The position numbers were made by a program, and so were the translations under genes. Of a stretch of DNA of 64,000 nucleotides, positions 42,396 to 57,723 are shown in pieces. A model generated the notes under the pieces. That model had not been told where the DNA came from and did no database searches. It worked only from the letters and a program-made list of their open reading frames with translations. Numbering within the stretch: the first letter of the stretch is position 1; the number at the start of each line of letters is the position of its first letter. Source of the DNA: Eledone cirrhosa (lineage: Eukaryota); NCBI GenBank assembly GCA_964016885.1, contig OZ024755.1:27714001-27778000 (forward strand). Reading direction: 5' to 3'.

Positions 42396-42867
42396 AAACT
42401 ACCAACAATAAAACTACCAACAATAAAACAACCAACAATAAAACAACCAACAATAAAACTACCAACAGTAAAACTACCAACAATAAAACAACCAACAATA
42501 AAACAACCAACAATAAAACAACCAACAATAAAACAACCAACAATAAAACAACCAACAATAAAACAACCAACAATAAAACAAACAACAATAAAACAACCAT
42601 CAATAAAACTACCAACAATAAAACTACCAACAATAAAACTACCAACAATAAAACAACCAACAATAAAACAACCATCAATAAAACTACCAACAATAAAACA
42701 ACCAACAATAAAACTACCAACAATAAAACTACCAACAATAAAACTACCAACAATAAAACAACCAACAATAAAACAACCAACAATAAAACAACCAACAATA
42801 AAACTACCAACAATAAAACTACCAACAATAAAACTACCAACAATGAAAACTACCAACAATAAAACTA
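42396..42867. repeat. 15-bp minisatellite (CCAACAATAAAACWA)
   Basis: Direct inspection. Confidence 0.95.
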
Positions 42868-43229
42868 GTATCACTCAAGCAATTTATGTTACTGTATCAA
42901 GCATAGTGTCATTATAATTGGTATCTTTTCCCAAGACATTCAATGACGAAATAAATGTAACTTGATACAGTTTCGTTATAGAAGGGCAGTCTGTAAAACA
43001 ATTAACAAACGGCAACTGTTATATAGAATAATTTTATATAATTGTTTCTACTTTTGGCACAAGGCCAGCAATTACCCAGTACATTACTGGTACTTTATTT
43101 TATGGACCCCGTAAGGATGAAAGGCACAGTTACCCTCGACGGGTTTATAGTTGTATATAATACTACACATGCTTTCAATAGAATGGGATATAAGACATAA
43201 AGTGAAGCTAAGTTTTCCTAGGTTTTCTT

Positions 43230-43255
43230 CACTGCTACTGCTACTACTACTGCTG

Positions 43256-43322
<67 letters not shown>

Positions 43323-43329
43323 CACCACC

Positions 43330-43388
<59 letters not shown>

Positions 43389-43407
43389 CACCACCACCAC
43401 CACCACT

Positions 43408-43478
<71 letters not shown>

Positions 43479-43482
43479 CACC

Positions 43483-43568
<86 letters not shown>

Positions 43569-43581
43569 CACCACCACCACA

Positions 43582-43652
<71 letters not shown>

Positions 43653-43659
43653 CACCACA

Positions 43660-43709
<50 letters not shown>

Positions 43710-43716
43710 CACCACT

Positions 43717-43802
<86 letters not shown>

Positions 43803-43825
43803 CACTACCACCACCACCGCCGCCG

Positions 43826-43911
<86 letters not shown>

Positions 43912-43938
43912 GATGCTGCCTACGCCGCCACCACCACC
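43230..43938. repeat. (CTA)n/(CCA)n compound microsatellite
   Basis: Direct inspection. Confidence 0.95.
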
Positions 43939-45803
43939 TTTGAAAAAGTTGATGAGGGATTGGCCAAAGAGAAAAGTATGTGCCTTCAGTCCTTTCAGCC
44001 TCATCCACCGCACAACCGCTTTTGCTACAACCACCAGACAGAGGAAAACTGCCTGTCATCTCCATTTCAAACGGTTTCCTTTAACCAACATGTTAAATGT
44101 GTGGGTTCCAATTTAAATGATATGACAGGACAGTCACTCATCTTAACAGTAACTCCATGTTGTGCGCTGCAGCGGATAAACGACTGCTGCAAACAGTACA
44201 CGGAGTCACCAAAGGAATTGAATGTGATTCAGATAATTGTTTCTACTTTAGGCACAAGGCCAGCAATTACCCAGTGCATTACTGGTACTTTATTTTATCG
44301 ACCCCGTAAGGATGAAAGGCAAAGTCAACATCGGCGGGATTTGAACTCAGATCGTAAAGGGACGTAACTATGCTGGAAAGCATGGCGTCCGACCCTCTAC
44401 CGATACTGGCAATCCACCATGCCTCTAGGCAAACTTTAAGACAGAAAAATTAACTAAGACCACTAACATCATAGTAGATAAAATAACAGAAATAAGGGAA
44501 TTGCAATAGTAAGTAACGGAATGTTGTAAAATAGAACCCCCACACAATAAATATTCTTTTTGTGCACTCGTACTCCTGACATCACAGTTTCACCAATTAG
44601 GAGTTCATAACATCTCCAAACAACTATTTTTAACTATTTGTTTGAGTGTAATAATATTGTTACTATTATAATGTTCCTGAAGGAATAGATTGATATTTCA
44701 CTCTGTATTCGCTATTATATATGATATATATTCTCTCTATCGCCCTGTATTTCTCTACGCCTGATCGCTATATACACGGCAGTATCAATATAACTTTATA
44801 TGGTGTCAATTAAACTGCTGAATTTGAAAAAAAATAAAAAAATTACGAAACAAAATTAGTGATCAAAAGTTATTGAGCCGATATATCAATAATCTAGAAG
44901 TTTTGAAAGTTTGCTGTACTTAGCTTCAAGCGGATAAGAGTTTCGTTGAAAACTGTACAAATTATAGAGCAAGTACACTATAGATTTTCCCCCTATCGTC
45001 CACAGGTGTATATAGATTTTATATTGGTTTATCTGAAATTGTTGCTGTTGCTGTGTCGCCGCTAGTACTCATGTATTTACAAAACAAATAGAATGGATTT
45101 GGTTAAAGTAATCGATGAAGGTCATTGCTGTTGGCTTCAGGAAATACACAAACCAAATCAGCGGTCGTAATTTTGTTAGATATCTTATGAAGCATCATAT
45201 CTATCCAAATATCTCCTTCTAAAATCCTCTGCAGCCCACACCATGCTAGATAAACGTTTGTGTGTTCTGTAATGTTCAGCAAACCTGCCAAATACATTTT
45301 CTCTATTTTGTTCACATTGACGCAGCATGCCTGAATGATTAAAAGATTCGCTTCGCAACGCTTAGAGCCGAGGTTTGATCTCATTGTGTAGGCATAGCTT
45401 CAGATTAACTCGGGCCTTGTGAATGAAATTGGGTAGACAGAAACTGATTGGAAGCCCGTCGGATGGATTTGTACCTGTAATTCAAAGGGGAGCAGATAAG
45501 TCATACAACTGTCACATTGAATCATCATGTGTATTAAGTTATAGGTACACGTGTCTGTGGAATGCTCAACCACTCACACGTTAATTTCATGAACAAGCTG
45601 TTCTGTTGATCGAACAACTGGTCGAACACTCATCGTCGAAACCGACGGACTTCCATTCCATTCTGTTCTGTATCCATGCCATTATTGGGTGCCATGGTTG
45701 ACCCGTGGCCTTTGCATTTGTCAACCAGCTTTATGATAGAAAAGTCTACGATGCAGTAAATAGATGGACTGTTTCCCGTTATTTGGTGATGGATAAGGCG
45801 AGG

Positions 45804-46182
45804 GATTGGCAATATAGAAGGTCGGACGCCATGCTTTCCAGCATAGTTACGTCCCTTTATAGTCTAAGTTCAAATCCCCTCCCCCCCCGAGGTTAACTTT
45901 GCCTTTCATCCTTACGGGGTCGATAAAATAAAGTACCAGTAATGCACTGGAATAATTGCTGGCCTTGTGCCAAAATTAGAAACAATTATTTGGTGATGGA
46001 TTGGCAGTATCAGTAGAGAGTTGGACGTCATGCTTTGCAACATAGAGTTACGTCCCTTTACGGTCTGAGTTCAAATCCTACCGAGGTTAACTTAGCCTTT
46101 CATCCTTACGAGGTCGATAAAATAAAGTACCAGTAATGTACTGGGATAATTGCTGGCCTTGTGCCCAAAGCAGAAACAGTTA
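45804..46182 (+). mobile_element. Two tandem SINE insertions
   Basis: ~45804-45989 and ~45999-46182; flanking motif TTATTTGGTGATGGAT at 45779 and 45986, with a variant at 46180. Confidence 0.85.
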
Positions 46183-48844
46183 TTAGATGATGGTTTTGAG
46201 AAAATACACTGCAGATTTTCATTAGGACAATCAGTTTGGTGTTGAGGGGTCCTTTCTGAATCATATCTTGCATGTATTCTTTAGTTGGGATACTTGATGG
46301 GTAAAGTTGAATATCAACTCTATATATTTTGGGTTAGTTTTCTGTTGAAAACCGACTTTTGTGGCCATCTCTGAACATGCTTCTCTCTGTATTTCTGGGT
46401 TTTCAGGTCTTGATGTCAGTATACCTTTTACATCAAGCCTATTGTCATGAACATAGCTTGTAGTAGTACAGGTATCTAATGAGTCTGCTGTGATATCCTG
46501 CGTACCGGATCTAATTGTTGCCGATACTGCTGGAAGCCAATCACAAATAACAACCGCATCTTCTCTTTTTTGTTCAACATTCAATTCAAGCGTGTTTTGT
46601 TCACCGGATTTGTGTTGGGAAGATGACATGACAGAAATTCTAGAAGCAATGAAAAAATGTAACAACCAAGAGCAATAATAATAATAAAAAAAAAAAAAAA
46701 CCACCATCCATTTCATTTGTTGGATTGAGGGAGTCTGAAACTTCAAAACAAAGTTGCTATGGAAACAACCTAATATAAATTCCATGATGAAAACATTAAA
46801 TACGTCTTATTGGCCTTGAAAAACGTAAAACGGAAGCATGCAGAGGTTGAAGCTAGTCCACGGGAATTATCCGTGAAACGGAATAGTTGTTTGGGGCATT
46901 CAAAGAGGATATATGCAAGTTAATTGGTCGTCTGGTTGATGACGTAGTGGGCCAGGTGATTGATCACGTGATTGATAGTGTTGTGAGAGGTGAATTGATT
47001 TAATTCGTGTACCAGATTTTTGAAGCATTAGATTAGAGCTATCGTATGCTTGTAATTGCTTTCAATATTGGTTTCCCACCCTTGCAAGCAGGGAAAGGCG
47101 GACGTAAAATAATAATAATAATGATGATGATGATGGTGGTGGTGGTGGTGGTGATGATGGTGGTGGTGGTGATGGTGGTGGTGGTGGTGGTGGTGGAGAT
47201 GATGATTGGTTTCGTAATCTATCTTCTACATTTATGTGGGTGTTTTTTTTTCCATAAATTTGTAACTTAATACATCTGTATTAAAGCTGATATTAAAAAG
47301 AAATGTGATATTAGCTACACTCATTACTAATTGTTTAGGCTAAATTACGCCTCTCAGGTTAATTAAAGGCGTGTTGAAAATATTAAATGCTGGGGGTAAA
47401 TTATTGAAAACCATGTGTATCGATATAGCATCATTAATTTCTTCTTAGATATCACACTGAACCTAATTACAGACAAATATGAACCATAAGACAAACTGAA
47501 AAATTATTGATGTATATTAATGTAGATTCCAGCCACTCATCTAAAGTTTCTTCAGTAACATTAGTAGGCATATCTTTAACTAATGGACATACATATATTA
47601 TTAAATACTAGTGGTTGTTGTGTTTTTTAAATATAACTACCAGAAAAACCACCCTTCGAGTGGTTTTCTGCTAGCATGTGTAGTGTGTATATTGATATTA
47701 TACGCAAGTATATATACATGTAGATATGATACGTCAAATAAAATCGTAATTGACAATATATAATACATAGAAATTGAACGAAGACTGCGTTACACTGTCT
47801 TATGTAATCAGTAACGTAATCCATGATACATTAAAAATAGACGATATTATATATAAACTGCATTAGCGATGGATTTGGCAGTATCGATAGAGGGTCGGAC
47901 GCCATGCTTTGATGCGTAGAGTTACGGCCCTTGCCATTCTGAGTTCAAATCCCCCCGGGGTTAACTTTGTCTTTCATCCTTACGGGGTCGATAAAATAAA
48001 GTACCAGTAATACACTGGGTAATTGCTGGCCTTGTGCCTAAAGTAGAAACAATTATATATAAAGTGCATTAGGAGAAAGTTAGTATGTTTATTTAAGCAA
48101 TGGCCAACCGGAAGTGTCGACTTTTCAGAAATTTTAAAGAAGTGAATCTTTAAATAAACAAAATATATTTAATCTACAGCCACGAAATTTAGTAGATAAA
48201 TTATGTAATATTCATTCATTATTTATTCAAAGTAACCCAACTTATTTTAGTAATGGGATAAAAAATTATAAACCATACGCAGTCCCGCGCTCCTTACTTT
48301 ATTATAGTTTAGATGTCAATAAAAACGTGCCATCCACAAACAGTAAAAGATCATCGTAATATTATCTGGATGTTAACCTTAATAAATAAGTGTCCATCCG
48401 TTAACTACAATTACATAAGAATATTTCATACATCATAAAAACTATGTTTTTTTTTTGACATAAATCATTCTCTCTTTATCATCTTCGATTTTTTTCCCGC
48501 CTTTCTTTTTTAGTTTATGTCAGGTCAATCTCGAGTGCTACTGGTAACATGTAACCCAGTACAACCTGTCGCATGGTCAGGTCGTCGGCGACTAAACCGG
48601 CAACCCCACCAAGTTTACTTGGTTAGAAGGGTGATTTTGGACACCCTGCAGGACAAAAAACAAAACATGACAAAGGGCGGAAGAACTCATAAGTGTCAAC
48701 GGCCATCCAAAAGTGTGTAAATATGTATATACCTATATATGTATATATATAGGAACGATCGACTTTCGTCAAATCGGACCGACGGGACAATGTTTCCGTT
48801 GGTCTTTCCAATTGCTAATACTATCTATCGGTCGCAACTCCAGG

Positions 48845-48968
48845 TAGAAGGAGCAACGTGAAATAAAGTGTCTTGCTCAAGGACATAACGCATCGCCTGG
48901 TCCAGGAATCGAACTCACAACCTTACGATTGCGAATCCAATTCCCTAACCACTCAGCCACACGCCTTC
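48845..48968 (-). mobile_element. tRNA-derived SINE head (third family)
   Basis: Minus strand GTGGCTGAGTGGTTAG...GAGTTCGATTCC...GTCCTTGAGCAAGACACTTTATTTCAC. Confidence 0.75.
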
Positions 48969-49487
48969 ACTGTATATATATATATGCAAGAAAGACATCG
49001 AAAGACATCGAAATCAATGGGTGGCAGTAGTTCCAGCTGCATGTATCAAAACAGTTGTGTAGTGGTTCTGAGAACAATGCAGCTTTGCAGATGATCAATG
49101 CAAATTGACAATGCAAAGGCGCTCCCGCTCGAGTTAGAAGAGAACTATTGACCTTCAGGAGAAGCAGCGACCCCTGATTGTATTCAGCAACAGAAACAAA
49201 TATGAAGTAGACCAAATCCAATGCTCCTAGGGGGCGGCCCTGGTTCTTTTTATTTGTGAGTGTAAACTCGGCCAGATTCCTGTTAAGGGTGCGTTATAGA
49301 AACATAAACCGACCCAATAATTGTTTCCTCGGTCCGATTTGACGAAAGTCGATAGACTGTCGATTGTCTTTAAAAAGAAAACAGTAGCTAACAACAAACA
49401 CACCAATAACAAACATTGAGAAAATGTGTTCTTTTTCTTGCGGTATAATGTAAAATTGAAAAACATGAAAGCTATCATTTGCTAATA

Positions 49488-49663
49488 CAGGTAAATTTCC
49501 ATTATAACGAATACCATTATAAGGAATTTTTCAGTATAACGAATTTTTTTCAATCCCCGGCCACATGCTCGATTTGTTTCGGTCGATCTCGTTATAAAGA
49601 ATTTTTCGTTACAACGAATTTTTTTTTATACCCCGTGAATTTCGTTATAACAGAATTTCTCTG
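49488..49663. mobile_element. Tc1/mariner-superfamily (pogo/Tigger-like) MITE
   Basis: TA|CAG...TTATAACGAA and TTCGTTATAA...CTG|TA imperfect TIRs with internal TTATAA-type repeats. Confidence 0.7.
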
Positions 49664-50602
49664 TATTATCATATTTTAATTTGCATTTCATTTTACGTTT
49701 TGCTAAACAAGAAAGTCCCAAACAAGAGGAACTAACTTAGTCTAAACTACAGTTCAGACATATGTACTGCTATATACTCACATAGATTCACAAACGTACC
49801 TAATACACTAGGAAAATTGCATATGTAAACACACACACACATACACATAACTACACATATATATATATATATTTACACGCACGAAGATACATACTTGCCC
49901 CTTCAGGCAGATACACCAAAATCACACACATGCACACACATACACACATACACACATACATACACACACACACACACATACATACATACATACACACATA
50001 CATATACACATGCATAAACGCAAACATACGCACATACACACACATACACATAGACACACATTCATACATATGCACACACATACATACACACACATGCGCA
50101 TGCATACGCACATGCATACACACATGCATACACACATGCATACATACACACACACACAACTACACATATACACATATACACATACACACGTACATGCATA
50201 CACACACATACATACATACACATACACAACTACACATATATTTACACGAAAATACGTACTTGCCCCTCAGGCAGTTCACCCAAACACACACGTACACACA
50301 TATACACACACATACACACATACACATACACATATATATATACACATACACATGCATGCACATGTATACACATACACACATACATATATACACACACACA
50401 CACACAAACACATACATACATATACACACACACATACATACACACATATACACACACATATATATACACATAAACACATCTACACACACACATATACACA
50501 CACATACATATACATACATCGGAGTTATATATTTTTAGGTATTGATTCGTCAGGATGAGGAACACTATAAGGTTTCTATTTACTACAGAGTTTTCAGAAG
50601 GA

Positions 50603-50766
<164 letters not shown>

Positions 50767-50952
50767 TATAAATATATAAATATATTTAAATATATATATA
50801 TATAAATATATAAATATATATATATAAATATAAATATATATATATATTTCGTTTCTGAATTTGTTTAGCAAGATTCTTTATCTGAAATCGTGTGTTGAAT
50901 ATATATGTATTTATGTGTGTTATATATATATAAATATATATACGATATATAT

Positions 50953-51011
<59 letters not shown>

Positions 51012-51017
51012 TATATA

Positions 51018-51094
<77 letters not shown>

Positions 51095-51108
51095 ATACAC
51101 ACACACAG

Positions 51109-51144
<36 letters not shown>

Positions 51145-51180
51145 GTATTTATGTGTGTTATATATATATAAATATATATA

Positions 51181-51263
<83 letters not shown>

Positions 51264-53621
51264 AACCGAAACAAACCTGGTTTCATCAGAAATTAATATA
51301 AAGTTTATAAAACCTTAGTAATCTAATTACATATTTTTTAGTGAATACTTCAGGCTGTAATGCTAAATACATATACTAAGGTATTAGACGCAAATAACAA
51401 AAGTGCTATAATGTAAAATAATTGGAATCTTAAACCAATATGGAATAACTCTGATGAAACCAAAATCAATATTTTTCTTCACAATCTGGATTATTCTTTT
51501 TTTTCTTCATTGATTATTGTTGTAATTCTTTTTGTGATTGGCAGTATCGTTAGAAGGTCGGATGCCTTGCTTTGCAGCATAGAGTTACGTCTCTTTATGG
51601 TCTGAGTTCAAATCCCGCCGAGGTTAACTTTGCCTTTCATCCTTACGGGGGTGGATAAAATAAAGTACCCGTAATGTACTTGGGTGGATTTAATCAACTT
51701 TTTGCTCTCCCCCAAAATTGTTGGCCTTGTGTCTAAAGCAGAAATCATTGTTAACACAATACACAAGGGTGGTAATTGGCAGAATCTGTAGCGCGTCAAA
51801 CACTATGCTTTGCGGCAGAGAGTTACGGGCCTTTATGTTCTGAGTTCAAATCCCGCCGAGGCTAACTTTGCCTTTCATCCTTACGGAGTCGATAAAATAA
51901 AGTACCAGTAATGCACTGGAGTAATTGCTGGCCTTGTGCCAAAAGTAGAAACAATTATTAATAGAATACACAAGGGCAGTGGATTGGCAGAATCTGTAGA
52001 GCGTCGAACATCATACTTTGCGGCATAGAGTTAAGTCCTGTTACAGTCAACACCTTTATACGTTTCACAATCAAATTGGAACACAGATATTATTTTGATC
52101 ACATATTACGGGGTCGATAAAATAAAGTACCAGTAATGCACTGGGTAATTGCTGGCCTTGTGCCTAAAGTAGAAACAATTTTTGATCACTTATTACGGGG
52201 TCGATAAAATAAAGTACCAGTAATGCACTGGGGTAATTGCTGGCCTTGTGCCAAAAGTAGAAACAATTATTAATAGAATACACAAGGGCAGTGGATTGAC
52301 AGAATCTTTAGAGCGTCGAACAGCATACTTTGCGGCATAGAGTTAAGTCCTGTTACAGTCAACACCTTTATACGTTTCACAATCAAATTGGAACACAGAT
52401 ATTATTTTGATCACATATATTTGGAACCTTAAATCTAATAACTCAATCTTTGACATCAAATACGATTTAATATGTTGTCACAACCTTTCATCATTTCTAC
52501 AGGATTTGTATGCTTTACATTTCGGAATGATATGGAATATTAATTTTTATTCTTTCTCTGTTGACCAGCCTCTCAGAGATAGTCGGTGTTTCTTTTGAAT
52601 GCGTATACGATTCAGAAGGCTCTGATATTTCAAAACGTTAATCAGACCACATAAAAGAATATAGTCTATTACAGTAATGTTTCCCTTTCTATGCAACGTC
52701 TTACTAAATAGAAAGAGTTTTCTAATATGACAGCCATAATTATACGAGAATCATTCTCTGTCCTACTGACATCTTTCGACTCAACTTCTGAATAATTAAA
52801 CTCACTTCGACTTTCATAACCTTGCATCAATTTATATATACCTGTTTACAGCGATTTATTTCCTACACTGTTGATAATCCAACTGCCCTTTACTTTCATC
52901 TTCGTTATATATTTCTCTCCTACTACTCTTCCATTAACCCCAAGCAATCATTAAGAATGCAATATTTTTCATTAGTTTATTCATCACTGTATAAAAACAT
53001 CGACAGATGAAACTACAATATAGTAAATTATAAACTTTCATCATGTTCATTAAAATGTACCAGTAATGCACTGGGTTATTGCATTAAATATCTACATCTA
53101 AACTCTCTTTATCTCTGTCTTTCCCCTCTTCCTCATCACCTAGGTGATCAGACAATCAATATCAGCCGAGGTGTACAAATATAGAGGCAATGTACTTGTG
53201 CATAAGCTCTTGGATTTGTTCCTTTTGATTTGGAAGAATGGCAAGCCTCCTAGGGAGTTTAAGGACTCTTCTTACTAAATTTGTGATTATTATGATTTAT
53301 TTTAGTAATTTTGGACATGTTTTAATCCTATTACAACTCCTCAGTCAAGCATAGATTTTCCGTATTACTTAAACGTTAACTAGTTTGAAATAATTATCTG
53401 TTTTCGGAGTTTCTATGTGCCAGGTTTATCTTGAAGTTTAGTACTAGACCTGGGTTTAGATATAGTCCAAAATATTGATAAAAGGGAGTGAAGTTATAGC
53501 TGTCGTGTATGCCTTTGTCTGCCTTTCTCGAGTAGACATTATCCATGTCCAGATTTCTATTTAGATATGCTTTAAGAGAAATTTGGCTGTTATTTTTAGT
53601 AGGTCGAATAATCAAGTAAAG

Positions 53622-54332
53622 CAGAGATTCTCAAAGTGGGTGCTACCGCCACCCGGAGGCGTTGAGAATTTCCAGAGGGCCTTGAGGGTTAATGGGGCAG
53701 TGGTGGTGGGGAGGTAGAGATGATATAATAGTATACTGCTACTTTGCTACTTTGACACTAAACTCCGCCAGTTGCAGACTGCGCATCAATATGAGATATT
53801 TTTCTCCGCAAAGTTCGATCACCAACACCAAGAGCAAAGATTAAATCCAGTCCATAGGTTGACATTATCAAGTCATCGTTTCGGCTGCCAATTTCTGCTT
53901 CTCTTACCAGCCAATCTTCCTTCCAGGCATAATCTACTATTAAATGATAGTATATATTATATTATTTACTTTTGAATTTGTTTTGCGAGATTTTTTATCT
54001 GAAAACGTGAGTTGAAACAGATATTGTTATACTTTGGGTGGGACATGCTGCCAATAAAAACACATGCATCTGTTGGTTTTCAACCAACCAACCAACCGGA
54101 AATTTATAATAAATTGAAGTGAAAACCAACTAGTGCGTGTATTTTTATTGGCAACATGACCCTCCCAAAGTATAAACATTATATTATTTATTATATATAA
54201 ATTAGTAATTTTATTTATTATATATTATTTACGATTTGCGTGTAGGCAGGTCTCTCTGGAAATAGGGGTGGGTGGGTGGGTGGGTGGGGGTGCTGAAGGT
54301 ATTCGGTGGCCCCAAAAGTTTGAGAACCTCTG
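53622..54332. mobile_element. hAT MITE with perfect 8-bp TSD, carrying a nested family C fragment
   Basis: TIRs CAGAGATTCTCAAA / TTTGAGAACCTCTG; TSD AAGTAAAG at 53614-53621 and 54333-54340. Confidence 0.85.
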
Positions 54333-55663
54333 AAGTAAAGGATCCTTCATTGAGTCGGGACGATTACTTCCTTAAGATAATAAAAAGCAATAAAAGAAAT
54401 TAGAATCATTGTCGATATAACATTCAACTTCATGAAAATATGACAAGTGACGTTACAGATCTATACCAAAGAATCTAACCTTATTTCTCAAAGTTCGATC
54501 ACTCAGCAACATACCAACTTGATCAGACATGGTCTCCTCTTTCTATATTCACATCCGGCAAAGTAATTATTGAAACAAGACATTGATTAGTCAGTGTAAA
54601 TGATTGGTAAGTAAGTTGATGTAGTATCATTAATGATTAACAAGAATGAAACAAAGATAGAAAGATAGTTGGAGAAAGGGAGTGGGGTGAGAGAGAATGT
54701 TGAGAGAGGGGGGTTGAACGCGGGGGTGTTGACAGAGGGGGTTGAAAGAGAGGGGGTGAGAGAGAGGGAGGGCTTGAGAGAGAAAGGGTGAGAGAGAAGA
54801 GGTGAGAGAGAAGGGGTGATAGAGAGGGGGGGTGAGAGGGAGAAGGGTTGAAAGAGAGAGAGGTGGTTGAGAGAGAGAAGGGGTGCGAGTGGGTTGAGAG
54901 AGAGACAGAGAGAGATGGTTGAGAGAGAGAGAGAAAGAGAGAGAGAGGGAAAGAGAGGATGAGAGAGAGAGAGAGAGAGAGAGAGGGCGTTGAGAGAGAG
55001 GGGTGAGGGGGAGAGAGAGGGAGGGAAAGAGAGGATGAGGAGAAAGGATAAGAGAGAGAAGTCTTTATTACATTTCAGTTCCGTTTATCAGAATTAGCAT
55101 ATTTATGAAAGACGATTTAACACTATTGTCTTACCAAAACAAATATTACTCAATTATAATAGATAATAGTGCAAACCTATAAAGAAACAGGGAATTATAT
55201 GTTCAGATACTTAAAATGAATATTTTACACTGACTATTGTATATATATTAGGACAAGTAAGTTACACAAGGGAGTTGATTTTAATATCCTGGACTATTGT
55301 TTTAAACTTAACTGACCATCTCAAGAGAACTGTTAAGAGGTATGGTAATGTTTGACGAGGATATATCAAGGGAAATTAGAACTGTATTTTCATATGAAAG
55401 AGATAATGCTCGGTCGAAGTGCGATGCTTTGTCACCTTATATCTTTAGCGCCTACATTTCTATATTTTGGCATTTTAACATGTTATTCGTATATGGCATG
55501 CATGCAATGGTCACGTAACTCATGAAAGGGTTGTTGGGGCAACATATTGATATATGGCGGTCCCAGGGCATTTTAAAACCCTGGTGGATGCAGATTTCTT
55601 CCAGAGGCAGATTTCTTCCAGAAGCAGATTTCTTCCAGAGAAGGAGAGAGAGAGAGAGGGAGA

Positions 55664-55743
<80 letters not shown>

Positions 55744-55832
55744 GAGTGTGAGAGTGTGAGAGAATGGAAGTGATAAAGACATATCGAGGAAGAATCGACC
55801 TCAGGAGGATGAAAGACAAAGTTGACACACAC

Positions 55833-55895
<63 letters not shown>

Positions 55896-55900
<5 letters not shown>

Positions 55901-56399
55901 GAAAAATGGAGTGCTGCATGGTTGCACATCGATTACATATGAATAAAATTAGTCCTTCATCAGTGATCTTCCAACCTTCATTGGTATTTCATCGCTATAA
56001 AAATCACTTTATACCTCTGGTTGGTGCGAGCAATAACTAAAGTTATTGGGACAAGTAAAATAGCGTGAAGCGAGCGAGACATGTAAACAAACAAAGATGG
56101 TATTGCAACGGAAAGATAGTAAGAGACAAGTACATGATATCTATAAGCTTAAGCTTGGTGAATTCATGGACGAGAGATACAGACCATCCGACATGGGTGA
56201 GATGTGAGCGAGAAAAGGATTTCACACAGGTCAAACGGGAGGAAGTGAGAGAGGGGGACAAGCAGAGAGTGAGTGAGTGGAAGTGTGAGGAAGAGGCCAG
56301 CCGAGAGAGAGAGTGTGACTGGCAGAGGGAGTAAAAAGATTTTTAAAGCGATGAAATACCAATGAAGGTTGGAAGATCACTGATGAAGGACTAATTTTA

Positions 56400-56402
<3 letters not shown>
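55896..56402 (-). mobile_element. Family A element with a permuted HHR (55945-56024, minus) and an inverted partial copy (56338-56402, plus)
   Basis: Homology to other family A copies; (TA)n flanks. Confidence 0.8.
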
Positions 56403-56444
<42 letters not shown>

Positions 56445-56552
56445 AAGGTATACATTGAGTTAGGAACTCAAAATAGTCTCTTACGCTAATATGTATGGCA
56501 CACTATTCAGTTTCTTAATATACTTAGAAGTGTCTAGGATACTAATTTATCC

Positions 56553-56619
56553 CCCACTGATGAGCTTGGATTGGTAATTCTATTCACAATTAACATTGCG
56601 AAACAACAAGTTGTCTGGG
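56553..56619 (+). ncRNA. Type I hammerhead ribozyme motif
   Basis: CCCA-CTGATGA-GC...GC-GAAA-CAAC(AA)GTTG-TC-TGGG. Confidence 0.8.
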
Positions 56620-56794
56620 TGATTGGTAGTTACCACAATTTCGGTTTGTATTTATTTTCCTGATTTTTTCTTAAATTGAGACAAGCAAACCCAATTGTCT
56701 ATAGTTAGTATTATTTTCACCTTAGCGAATCAGGTCCCTTATGATTTGAACACATATAAGTATATATCTGTGTTCGTTTTTCTTTTATATTCTA

Positions 56795-57723
56795 CTAGCA
56801 GTAAAGCCCGGCGTTGCTCGGGGTCGCTCAGTAGCTGTGTTAAAGTTACAATGTTAAGTTTCTTTCTTGGCTTAAAAACTGTAGTGTCTACTGTGCAGAC
56901 TTGCATGTGGTGTTTTTGATTAATATTCCCTCAACCAACAATATGCCTTATGAAGTTAAGAAAACATAACGATAACCCGAATGTTATAACAAAAGAGGAT
57001 GCTGGGGATAGAAACTGCACTGGTTATTTATTAACAAAGATCGAAAATGTAAACACTGCAACGCAGAGAAAAACATTAGCGTAACCAAATTATCAGTTAT
57101 GTCTGTCTGCACGCCTATATCACCTCTCTGCACGACTGTCTGTCTGCACGCCTATATCACCTCTCTGCACGACTGTCTGTCTGCACGCGTATATCACCTC
57201 TCTGCACGACTGTCTGTCTGCACGACTGTCTGTCTGCACGACTGTCTGTCTGCACGCCTAACGACGAAATATTTGCTTGTTTTACGTAGTCTTTAAATAG
57301 ACTTGTTTTCAAGTAAAAATATTGTTTTAAAATGCTTTTAAATGGAAATGAAGCAAAACGGAAGCTTAGTGTTCGAACTGATGAATTTTGCAGGTCAATA
57401 TTTTGCTGGCTCGACAACTGTCTGTTCGTGTATTGTGTTAATGTCATTTTAAACGCTGAGAAAGCCAGCGTAATTTTTTACGTAAGACGCTCAATGTAAA
57501 CAGAACAAAGGGAAATAACTGATAACTTACGCTCAAAAATCGATACATTATATTCGATTTCGTCACATAGGGTGGGTCAATTTGAAATATTTTTTTCCCG
57601 ATGTCTTCGCTAGGGCTCAATGTACAAGTATAGCAATTTCGGTGCAATTCCGTGAGAGATTCTAAGAGGAGATGTGTGCCAAAAATCGATAGACAGACAG
57701 ACAACCACAGTTTTATATATATA

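Noticed and set aside
43084-44116. Ser/Gly-rich or poly-Leu ORFs over 300 aa
   Set aside because: (CTA/CCA)n microsatellite fused to Tx1 and SINE fragments
53394-53615. KADKG motif reminiscent of the region upstream of a Penelope RT
   Set aside because: A single short motif with no supporting RT sequence
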